The notes below the pieces were generated by a model. It was not told where the DNA came from. It ran no database searches and saw only the letters and a program-made list of their open reading frames with translations. Source: Phoronis australis (taxonomy: Eukaryota; Animalia; Phoronida). From it: a stretch of 64,000 nt of DNA. Of this stretch, positions 12,613 through 25,200 are shown piece after piece (the stretch's first letter is position 1; every line of letters starts with the position of its first letter). The stretch covers positions 4,641 through 68,640 of the forward strand of contig NMRA01000193.1 of the NCBI GenBank assembly GCA_002633005.1, in the 5' to 3' direction. Made by a program: the position numbers and the translations under genes.

Positions 12613-13194
12613 CTTCTGCATGTCTGACTTTGGGAATTTTGTTAACATGTAGTGGTAGGCTGCAAAGATTTATTGGAAGGGACGGATGCAGGCCATAGGT
12701 TACCGACCCCTGGTGTTGAACTAAACATGAAAAAGCATTTATTTGGTGCTTCTTGTCTTTATTCATAAAAATTAAAAAGTAAATGTCACTTCTTTGCGTG
12801 ATTAGTGAGATTTTACCATAAATCTCAAAAAATTCAGGTACTCACTTCCTCTAGAAATAGAATACCAACTGCACCATTCCTGCCAAAACTACATCATCCT
12901 TCGTCATTGTTCCCAGACAACCTCAGTCTTTGGTTTTGGTCACCAGAAACACCAAAAGAGGTGAACGCCATTTTCGTAAGAATTGAATAGTTCCTTTTCT
13001 CCTGTAGAGTCGGACACATCATGAGAAATAAAAGTGATTCCTAAGTTTTTTCATTGATGTTTTTTCACATGTTGTATGTTATGTTAACGTTGTTTGTTAA
13101 TTATAAAAATGTTGCATTTTCAGGCCACTGCCAAGTCATAATATTAGTGACTGTGTTGTGACAAAAAGTCTGCATCCATGTAGAAAATAAGACA

Positions 13195-13200
13195 TTTATT
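13195..13200 (-). terminator. Probable poly(A) signal (AATAAA) of DHX37
   Basis: tttatt on the + strand, ~67 nt downstream of the DHX37 stop codon. Confidence 0.55.
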
Positions 13201-13266
13201 GCACACTCAATTCATGTACAAGAAAAATGATTTAAAATGCGGAAAACTGTCAGAAATACATGGCAT

Positions 13267-16200
13267 TCAACTGTTTAGTAACCTCTTGTTCACAGGAGGC
13301 CATTTCTCCTTGATCTCTGCATGCTTTACTTGTGGTAGCCACTGTGTGTAGGCGTGTAACAAGACTGAAAATAAAATTAGTCAGATGTCAGTTTTATTCA
13401 CATTGAATACAATGACCATTCACCTACTGTAAGTACCATGATCAATGTCAATCTTTCCACTTTTTGTTAGAAGTTGCTATGAACCTTGTGGTGGGAAACA
13501 ATTTTTTTCTCCAGGCCACTTAACTGTTACGTAACCACTTTGTGCCCTGTCTTCCACTTCTTACTATGATATTTGAGCTTTGGAAGAATTGGTAACTGTT
13601 TCATGCTTGAAACCACGCCTGGCGCAAAAAATCACCAGCTGGGTTGAGCTAACTTGTCGAGACTGGTCTCTAGCATTCACAGTCAGTTCTCTCCATACCC
13701 AGGGGTCTGTTTCATGAAAAATGACTTAAGACAGAAATTTGGTCTTGCACTCCACTTAACTACTGCGGAAAAATAACTTTAACTGAGCTTAACAAAAGAA
13801 TAAAGTGTCTGAGAATATACCCACAAATGTAAACTACCTACAAAATTTGTACAAATTATTTCCAGGCAGTGATGAGCTAATAATTATAACCCAGAAGTCA
13901 TTTCTTACTTTAGTAAGGAACAGAGACCAGCTTTACAGCATTAAGTGGAATACTTGCAAATTACTAACGAATAATTTATCAAGTACAAGAATTTTGTACA
14001 GTATTCAACGAAAAGTTAATACATCCACAGCTTTTGTGATTAATAACAACTTGGAAATGCTCTCAAGTTCACGTAACTTTTTACACAACTCAATGAAATG
14101 TATGTCCGTATCTTTTGTGATCACTGAAAACTGGAAACTGGTCTCGATTAATAACAGTAGCGTGGGATCAGATATGAGGTGTATCCACAATGATTTTCAT
14201 ACGTACACGATGGATTCTTTTTCCATGTGTTTATCAAACCCTTGTAAGAATCAACTTCTTCAGAGACTAGACTTTTCAGCAGTATTTCTGTCCTTGGCTG
14301 CAGTCTGAAATATTAATTAGTTGTAATTTCATGTGTACAACAATCAGATTTTTAAATCAAAAGTTGGTTGGATTCATTACCAAAACAGGCTATATGTTGC
14401 AGTCCATATCAAACACAGTATGACTAAATGACCTGCAATTCCAAGTTCGACACAAGTCACCGTTGATGGCAACTTAATTACTAAGATGAGTCAACGTCTG
14501 TCGATTACACAGTAATCAGAATCACACGTAACTTGCAAAAGGTATTCTGTACGATTACTTCTGGCGAGTACCATAGGTATGGAAACACGTTGACCTGTTC
14601 TACTACTTGCACTAATTAAATAAATTGGACAAAACATACACATTCACAGAGGGCATAGAACTTTCCTGGAATCCTGTTAAGATCTGACATTCACAAGGAT
14701 TCGGGGGAAAGAAATCTTGTTTTAGTATGTGCAGAAGTGGTTGGCACGCCTTGCAAGACGATTGTCTTTTGCACGAAACAGACATGTTGAGTTTATTATA
14801 GTTATCGTCTCTGCAACATGTAGTTCTCAATAGACGCAAATTGCAACACCAGGAACAGTTCATAACATGAGGCAAATCAAGTCGGAGTGGAACTGTAAAA
14901 AGTTGTTGATGTCTCAAACGATGTGGCATGAATGACATTCAAAGTTGCACCTCAAACTCAAAGTGATTGCACAAATGGGTTCAGGGTAGACACACAACAG
15001 AAGCCACTGACAGCTTCAATGACAAGATTCAACACTACTAAAACTTGATTTATTTCCCTTTGTAGTCTAAAATTTCAGCTGCATCGAATTGGTACACAGA
15101 TAAAATCTCGCTAATTTAGGACACGATATTGCTAACGAGTGATTTAAAAAAAAACCCATAAGAGATTAAGTAATACCAAATAAAACTTTTTTAAATATTT
15201 TTAAAGATCTATACCATGGTCACCACCAGACAATGGTTCTGAAAACTGGAAATTCAAAACAATGTTGGAAGCCTTTGAAAGATGAAAAAAGAAAATTTTG
15301 GATTATACTTCTGTCCCGAAATTGGCAAGATTTTACTGTACATGTGATTTTAGAAAACAACTTACTTTGCCCATGTTTTTAACATAGTGTTGGGAGGGGA
15401 CAGCAACAATGGCACATTCTGTTTCAGGCTAGACACAACAGCACCCTCCAGCAGAAACTTGGCAAACCACTTGTACCTGTCCAGACCTGCAGGGTAATCC
15501 AGCTCCACCGCAGGCACTTGCCAAGCGCTGCGACCTGAAAAGAAAATTGAAAGAATTTTGAAATGAGAAAATTGTTAAATCATAATTGCAAGAGAGCAAA
15601 AACGTTGTCCAAATCATCTCGAGAAAGTTCATTTGAAACATTTAAATTTGAATTGAGACTTTACTGTCCACTTATTAACCATCTGCAACTGTATGATACG
15701 ACTAGAGAACAGTTTTAGTAAAATCAAAATGTGCTCTTTAAAGCTGCAATGAGCCAGGCTTCTGTTGAAAACTTAGATCATTTAACATACTAAAATCTCT
15801 GTTAGACCAAATATGTCAGACAAGTGAAATTATGACTTCACTTAGATCACTTATAAATTAGTCTCTAATTTTTTCTCACTCGGATGAAAAGTGATTTCTA
15901 GTCTTGAGAAACAGACAGGTTGTTACAACTTCAGCCACAAAAGTTAAAACTGCCAGTCATTCTATGCATAGAGCATGGCCTGTTGAAGCTTAGAAATCAC
16001 TTCTAATCTAACTAAGAAACAAGTCAAGACAAGTTTGTATAATGTTAAAGCAGTTACAGTGAGGGATAAAAGGACCGACAAAATGACCCGGAATTATGAC
16101 AGCTGGGCAGAAGCCTTGCCTCATGAAAAAGAATGAAAAGAAATTAACAAGACAGTCAGTATTAGGTGGTTAAGTCATTCTGCAATTAGAATTCCTAAAA

Positions 16201-19200
16201 GTTATTTCCAGTAATTTTTGCTGTTAACAGAATTAGTCACCATGACTGAAACATGGTATTTTGTCTGATTTCCCTTTGGTCTTGTACTGTGAAATCCTGC
16301 ATTCTGTCAAAGAAGCAACCTTTTTCGTTTAGATCACTGAATGCTACAAAATCATTCTCCACCTGTATCACACTCAGATAAGAAATAATTTTGGGTTTGT
16401 AAGGAACTAGTGACAACTTTTTTCGCCTTGAGACTATGCTCGATGCATAATATAACCCACTATGACAAGTAAACTTCTGTAGAGTCTGGTCTCCACCATA
16501 AAAGAACAGTCAGTTCATTCGATGCTCTGAAATCATCTCTGATTTGATAAAGGAACAAAAGGAGTCCAATAGTATAGCACTAAATTGTCTAAATCAAAAG
16601 TTGGCTTTGTGATGGAACGTGAAGAGACTTTAAAAAGTGGTAAAAGTTAAAGAGTTAGTCTTTGCGACATGGCAGGCACATAGCTTTGGAAATGATTATC
16701 TACTCACCAAAGGTGCTAGTCATGAAACATCGGACTTGTCCCTTCTCACTGTCATAAAAAGGTAGAGGATCGTCGAGTGGTTTAGAGAACGTGCAATGAC
16801 TGGCTGCGTAGACTGGCAGCCACTCTGGTTCAATAGCCATGACGGACCTCATGTAGAGACGCGACGTTTCTACCATGTCCTGATACACGATGTAGCTCAC
16901 TTTCTCCTTGTTTAGAACTGAGTTAGGATGAACATAGACGTAGTCTTCAAGGTTTGTACACTAGAAAAAGTAAAAACTGAATATTTGCTTGAACATGAAC
17001 CCACAACCTGACACACAATGTAAGCCATGCTACCTATGGATGTACACTATTCAACACAGTTGAAAATATCCATTTCAGAATTGATGTCAAGCCATACAGC
17101 AGAGTTAATGGTAAAATTAAACCGAACAATGCACAATATTGACACCTAGCGAGCACATGAAGCAATATCTCATTTGACGCCAGTTGAACAACACAATGAG
17201 AAATAGAACACCATAAAAAGTGACTTGATAGAAAGCATGCAAGGGCAAGCTTCTTGAGCAAAGGACAAACAGCTATATCAAGCTATCTTAGTTTGAGGAG
17301 TGAATTCCAATGATTATAACATAAAAGCATTGACTCAGAAGTTGAATAAGAAAAAATGCCTGATTCTGTGGTTTGGGAACATCAGTTTCAGTGGCCACGA
17401 CCCCGTGTGCCCTCCAACAAACGAATTTTTGATTTAGGCCACTTACACAGTAAATTGACCTCAGCTGCCTTACGCAGAAGAGAAGTTTCTTCTGAATTTG
17501 CAAAGAAGTGATAGAACACAGTTCCTTTAGATTATGCTCTGTACATAAAATGCCGTTACAAGCCAACTTGTAGAACCTGGTCTCAAGCAATGAATTGTCA
17601 GTTGTTTCAAAGCCTTGACATCAACTCCAATTTGATACCGGAACAATTTGAGACCACAGTAAATAGTTTAGATCAAAAGTTGTTTTTTGTGATGACTTCA
17701 TAGCCACTTTAAAAACCTAAACATTAACGAAACCCATAAAGTTAGCTGTATAAAAACATGTCAGATTAAAACCAAACAAGCCCAGAAGGTAATTTATGAG
17801 ATCAAGCTAAATGACTGCCTCAACACTGATCAACTTCCACACCTGATATGCATTTCGTTTCGCTTTCTTTCCTTCACTGTCTTCAGCACTGACAACAGGG
17901 TCCGCCACTCGTCTGGCCACGTGATCACCAAGCCCGGCCAACACTATCTGCCGAAGAAGTCTCGCCTGTACATCTGTAGGTGGCTTCATTTTGGGGTCGA
18001 CGCACAAGTTCACGTCAGCCATGACAGCATTGACTGAAAAAGACAAAATGATCAATAAAGATTTTATTTTGCAATTGTGCTTGAAAGAAATCCTTTGTGG
18101 TTGATAGGACAGTAGAAGGAGGATTATCAAAATCATGTTCATTCCTTTCCCGTTTACAGGTCATAAGCTGAAAATAAAATAATTGTCCACATAGATATTA
18201 CACTGTCCAATAAGTAAGATAAAGGAACTTCAAATTCAACACTACAGTCAGTTTTTAATAAAATAAAACACATTTGAGATGGTTTTACATTAAAGCTGCA
18301 ATCTATGAGGTGTGCTCTCAACATGATACTATGAGGTGTGCCTGAAAATGATAGAGTTGTAGGATATGAAATCAGAATTTGAACAGTTTCTTCTGACACA
18401 CACAAATTTGATATAAATCCTACAACTAAAGTTACTCACACACAAACACAAGTCTTAGAGTAACACTCATAGTGTCCCCTGGGTCAATGAGCGTAGCCCC
18501 ATCAGTTCACACTGCTTTCCATGGGGGCCCTCAGGTTAGCATCTTGCAATTTTATCCAGACCATGAACAATTACAGAAACAGAAAGAAAGTCAGATCTCA
18601 TGAAGATTTTGAGAGTAACCACATTGCCTCACAAGCGTACATAACATAATTGGATGCCAGCACTATTGAATTATGGGAAAAAACAGTACGTAAACTTGTT
18701 ATTTCCATTGCACAAGCCAGGCTTTCTTGCCACAAGTGTCTAAATGCACTTTAATTCCTAGTAGTGCTTGCTTAATGGTACTTCAAAAACTATTTTAAAG
18801 AACCACGCACTACTGAAGTACAACAGTCTATCACACTCACCCGTGTTTGTTAACTGCGCTCGCAGTTTTCTGACTTCCACCATGGCTTTATAACGTAGAC
18901 CATAATGCCTACAGAACTCTAGCGAGCAGCCGGCATACTCACATGCACCCACCGCCTTTAGAAGCACCATGATATCCCCCATCAGGAAGCTGTTACCCTG
19001 GCAATGACAACAAGAACATTGATGCATGACAAATCAAGTCCAAAACATAATATGTACTTCTGTATTTCAAAAGGAAAACAAAGCTTGAGCATAACATATT
19101 AGTAAATTTATTTATACCACAATATTAGCGTCAAATGGCAGATACAACCGTGTAATAACCCATAAAGTTATCTCACTAGTGAGATAACGATTTGGCGGGA

Positions 19201-22200
19201 AACCGAGGACGGGGTCGAACCCGGGACCCTAATATTGCTGGTCTCCGACTTTAACCACTACACCACGCAGCGACTGACGTCATCAAGTGTGAAAATAGAA
19301 TACTTAAATGAGCACGAGCAATAATCGCACGTTCAACAAACCGCATTGTACTGTACTTATACGCTACGAAAAATAAGACACATAATTTCCATAAAAATGA
19401 TATCTTAATTCAGTGAAATTTTTCTCTCATGTCCTCTTACTTGTAAATCACCGATCTCCAGTTTGAATGCAGGTATCGTGTCGTCAGGATCTTTGACCTG
19501 AGAATTATATTCAGTTACCAGTGGTAACCTACTTTAGCAGACGATAATTTCCCGGTCGAAGCTTACCGCGTAAAAAACGTGTTTTAAGCTATAATAGTTG
19601 CTTAACCTTAATTTAGAGATTCACTTCATTTCTATTTTGTTTAAATTTCCAATTGGTTTTGAGTATAAGTATTATTTGACAAAAATAGCTCGGCTTTTCT
19701 TGAAAGGTTACGACCTCCGACCCCGGGCCTCTGACATAGAAAGTAGTTACAAAGCCAAGGCGAGTCGAGAAAGGTAGATCGATTCATTGCAATGTTTCTC
19801 GTTTAGTTAGTGGTATAAATAGATTATTACATGTTCTCAGTCGTTATCCCCCTTATCTAGCGCCCTCGTGGATTTTGTAGAATTATCACCCTCGGGGCTG
19901 ACGCCCCTCAGGCGATAATTCTCCAAAATCCACTCGAGCTCTAGATAACGGGGGATAACGACTTCGCCATGTAATAATCTATATTTATTATGCCTTTATA
20001 AAGAGATAAGAAGAACATTCTGGCTCCATGCAGAATTGTTTTCAACTACGAACTTACTGAAATAAAGGATGAATGATGAAGAACGTCTATTTAGAATGTA
20101 GTTCTTTAACATTTCACACTAATAAGACAGAAAATATCAAGACAACTACACCCCTACTTGGTACAGTCAAAATTCCTGAGTGCAGCAGAATTCCACTCTG
20201 ACAATGTATGTCATTAATTCACCAAAATAGTTCTGCTAACAGTCCAGACGCAGTACCATATTTAGTACTTGCCCACACAGCATGAGCAGATAACTCCATA
20301 GTTTTACTCAAATCTGTGATCATTGGGTGTCAGTTATATTTAAAGAAGTCCCTCAGATTGTATCACTGACAGCTATTTTGTGTTATGACAACACGTCTTT
20401 GCTGAGATTTCTAACAGAATTACTTACACTTCCAGCCCAAGTTCTGCGTATTTGATGAGATTTCCAATAGAATTACTTACACTTCCAGCCCAAGTTCTGC
20501 GTATTTGATGAGATTTCCAACTGAATTACTTACACTTCCAGCCCATGTTCTGCGTATTTGCTGAGATTTCGCCTTTTTCTGCTTCTGCTGATCTACCTAT
20601 TTGTAACATAATACCTAAGTTTAACCATGAAACAAACAGAAACAAAGAATTATTCTGGGAAAATTGACGATAACTCCAACTGAAGTGAATGTTCATCATA
20701 AATATAAAGATGCCAAGTTTAAAAAAAGGTAAAATGCTTCAAGCACCTGCATAATTTGTAAAACTGTTAGCGTAGCTTGTTTTTTGACTGGAGGCAAAAA
20801 ATACTTGAAAATTCCAACATAGTATGACTTTATCCAGGGATTACCATAACTTGTTGTTTTACAACCTCACATAAATTTGCTGAACTGATAATTTTTAAGT
20901 TGCGAGGAAAAAAGTTGTTTTAGAACATCGGCAATAAAATGGACCGTGTGAAGATGAAACACCTACATCTTGACTGCCATCTGTTGGTCCATCATCAAAC
21001 AACTCCTGGACAGACAGTGCAGCCACTATACAGACGACATAGGCGAGAAGGTTGTGCTGATGTCCAAGAGCTAGCATCTTAGCAAAGCGAGGAGCAACGG
21101 GGAACTTAGACATAAGGGTACCCAGGGTAGTGATTTTAGCACAGGCCACATCTGAAAATAGTGTGACATTACATTTATTATCAACAATTACCAAACATTC
21201 CAAATTTCCACTAAGAATTAATAGGTTCCTGCCAAACACAAATTTTATTTCTTAGCACTTTCACTCAGTTAAATGCAACTTACATAGACCAAAATCTGGC
21301 AAAGATAAAGATTATGGGGGAGAGGGCCGCATGCCAAGACGTCACAAATTTAACCAATCCTGAAACTTTGATAACGTAACCAACTTTGAATACAGGACTG
21401 GTGAAAAGCCAAGTGGAGTTTCAAAGAAACAAGTAGGTACATGAACAGCATTCACTTGTAATGACATGACAGTAAAAGTTACCAATTGAAGTACATTCTA
21501 CTTGATATCACTAGGTAAGGTTCAGCTACAGTTTAGTAATGAGGTCATTTATTGAAGGAATACTTAGCCTCTTTTTGATTTCCCATATATTGCTACTGCA
21601 ACGTTGCGTAAGAATTTTACATATGCAATCTAACATTCCAGCATTTACGTTCAATGGAGACTTAAAGGTGGGCAGCAAATTTCCCATTCGATTTAGTCTA
21701 ATCTCTGGATTCCTCAGTGACTCACTTTTCTTCTTGCCCACAAGTCGTCTGTTATCTGTTGTTGGTTCCAGGGCTTCGAGTGATGTCAGGAGTTGCTCCG
21801 CTGAAAGTACCGCCTCACTGGCAGGTGGAGTAGGAAATGGGAAATTGATCACCTTGTCTATGCTCATGGCCTAAAAAAACAGGAACCACAATAATGAAGA
21901 CTATGACTAATGATGCCCAATAGAAATAAGAGCAACACGGAGCGTTGAAATGCGCCCATGAATACATTGCAAATGGTGTGCTTTTAGGGTTATATATTTG
22001 TATCATAAAACTGGCCACTAGATGGCGCAAAAACATACAATCCATCCAAAAACAGGAACATGCCATATTTCATAAAAATCTGTCAAGGTACTTCAGAGAA
22101 ACAAAGGAAACAGAATAAAATGAAATTGCCACTAGTGAGCACACTGTCCGTTGGATCCACCTGAAAGTGTCGTCGTCTGTTATCTTCATATAAATACACT

Positions 22201-25200
22201 TACTAAATTTAGTAAAGATCCTGCAGTGGGTATAAGAGATACAACTATGGGTGCAAAACAAAACTACCACTAGGAGGCGCCACAGTAGTCAGTCACCATC
22301 ATCAAAGGTCGTCTTCACACTGAGAACATATATGCCAATTTTCAAATGATTTGGTTGATACAGTGGTGAAAACAGCAAAAATGGCCACTAGGTGGTGCAA
22401 AATACCTCAATTCCATCCCAAAACAGGAAGATAGCGTCACCAATAGATGCCTATATTTAAAATTTTATGAAAATCTGTTGAGGACCTTTGAAGATATTGA
22501 GTTAAACATAAAACGTATAAAACTAAAATTGTCACGGGGGGGGGGGCGCAGCAGTAATCAGATCTGTCCGAAAGTCGTCGTCATTCGTAGTCAACATCAT
22601 ATACATACACTTGCTAAATTAAGTAAAGATCCTGCGAACGGTTTAGGAGATATAGCCCTAGGCGCAACAAAAACAAAACTGCCACTAGGAGGTGCCACAG
22701 TAGTCAAAATCGTCGGAAAATCATCGTCAAGCGTTATAGTAAGCACATACATGCCAATTTTCACAATCATCCTTTGAGCGGTTTGGTTGATAGAAGGGTG
22801 GACGCAAAAAACACACTTGAAAACAGTAAAAATGGCCTCTAGGTGGCGCAAACTACGTCGAATCCATCCGAAAATGGGAGGATAGCGTCACCTCACTAAT
22901 AGGTGCCTACATGCTAAATTTCATGAAAATCTGACTTTTGAAGATGCAAAGGTAAACGTGAAAAAAATAAAATTGCAACTAGGGGGCACACCGGTAGTCG
23001 GATCTGTCCAAAAGAAGTCGTCATCTGTTGTTAACATCATATAAATATACTCACTAAATTTCGTAAAGATCCTGCAAATGGTTAAGGAGATACAGCCATA
23101 GGCGCAAAAAAACAAAACTGCCACTAGGAGGCGCCACAGTAGTCGAAATCGTCGGAAAATCATCGTCAACCGTCCTCTTCATAGTAAGCACATACATGCC
23201 AATTTTCACAATCATCCTTTGAGCGGTTTAGTTGATAGAGGGGTGGACGCAAAAAAACAGACTCGAAAACAGTAAAAATGGCCACTAGGTGGCGCAAACT
23301 ACGTCGAATCCACCCGAAAACAGGAGGATACCAAATTTCAAGAAAATCCGTTCAGGATTTTTGAAGATACAAAGGTAAGCATAAAAAACTAAAATTGCAA
23401 CTAGGGGGCACACGGGTAGTCGGATCTGTCCGAAAGTGCGCTCATGCCGTCCCATTCATGAATGGAACACATGCGCCAAATTTCATGAACGTATGTCAAA
23501 GGGTTTTGGAGATAGAGCAGCGGACGCTGGATGGACGCCGCCCGGACAGACGGAGATGACGTATAAATATGTGGGCGCATAAAAACGCAAACATTTTTTG
23601 CATTTGAAATCACTTAACGATAGATTGTAGTACGAGACTTAAACCTTAACAGCATCTCATTTACTCCTGTATATTGGTGATTTGTTGTTCAGTTCGACTG
23701 TCACCTATCCAGCAGTAGTGTGAATATTAGTACAGACACGGATGACTGATCGTAATTTGCTACGATTTGCACGTGATATGACATGCACACACACCACTAG
23801 GTCAATTCTTCACGACTAGATAACATCAGTGGGATTAGTTGCCCGAAATAAAAAGTATCAACATGAAGCGCAAATGAAATACAAGGACCTCATGCAGTCA
23901 CCAACATATCAACTACTGGGAAAAAGTAGAGATGTGCATTTCATAAGCTATAATCTATTATTTGGAGTGCATAATGTTCTCTTAGTAGGACAGGGGCATG
24001 GTTAGGTGAACAGTGGCTCAAAAGAACACACCTTCATCTGGAGGACTAAGTCATCGACAGGACGTCGTTGAATTTCAGGTAGTGAGAACAGCTCAAATTC
24101 ATCATTGTAAACTGCAGACGAAAACAGCCTGAAAAGAGCAGAGTTGTTCGTTTAATTTAAACAAGAGAAAAATTTTCAGGGTGTCAAAAGTATTCAGACA
24201 AAATGACCCCGAATTCCACATGACGGCTGGGCTGAAGACAAATTCCTCATCAGAGTAGTTTTCACTCATGTCCATGAATGAAGAGGAATTAAAAGTCAAG
24301 TCAAAAAAGTGGATAAAACATTCTGTAAATAGACTTTGGCCTCCATAACAGCCATTACCTGTCAGTTTCTCTGCTAATGGAAATAACCACCATGAAAGGA
24401 GGAACTCAGTATTTTGTCTCAATAACTTTCTCTTGTACTACACATTGATTGCATAATAAATTCTTTGTTTTTCACACTGTTACTATCCAACAATAAATTC
24501 AATGTTAAGAAGATGGCAGACAAACACATTAAGAATACAATACACACTTCAAGAATACAATAAATCTTGGACATGAGGCAAATATTGTGTTGGGGAACGT
24601 GTGAAGTACAATTGACTTTTCTATCAATACTGAAAATCTATGCTAGCACACCCAGAGCATTAAGTAGGGGGACACAAATTCTCTAATTTGGAGTTGTCTG
24701 CTCGGTAAAGTGCCAGTTGATCCTGAATACACAATACTTGTTTATTCGTATCGTACAAGCCAAATTGTAGAACCTGGTCTCAAGCGATAATGAACTGTCA
24801 GTTCTTTTAAAGCCCTGAAATCACCTCCAGCTTCACTAAGGATCAATTTGAAACCAGTTCTGCCTGCACGACCACTGAGTGACCATACTGTGACAGACTA
24901 CCTATAACAATGCCCTGGCCCAGTTCTGCCTGCACGACCAGCTCTCTGATTGGCTGATGCTTTTGAGGTCCATGTGACTTTGAAGGTGGAAACTCCAGTG
25001 ACTTTGTCATAAAATTTTGTTTTCACCTGCAAAGCAAACAAACATATGAAATAATTATTGTTACGCTTGTACAGCAGCCTAAAAGTGGATCCTAACTTGT
25101 AACTAAATCAGCTTACTAAGCAACGATTCTGATCTGAATGGATATTCCATGATTTCAATTTGCCTTCTATTTCTTTCATTTTCTGTAATTTTTCTGAGAC

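Noticed and set aside
13805-14308. 167-aa ORF (and similar, e.g. 53555-54034, 6190-6636)
   Set aside because: No recognisable motifs; chance frames in intronic, antisense or repeat sequence.
19195-19272. Functional tRNA gene (likewise 54700-54775, 5770-5840 and ~8400-8460)
   Set aside because: A/B boxes are present but there is no convincing acceptor stem or anticodon arm, and all are embedded in repeats.
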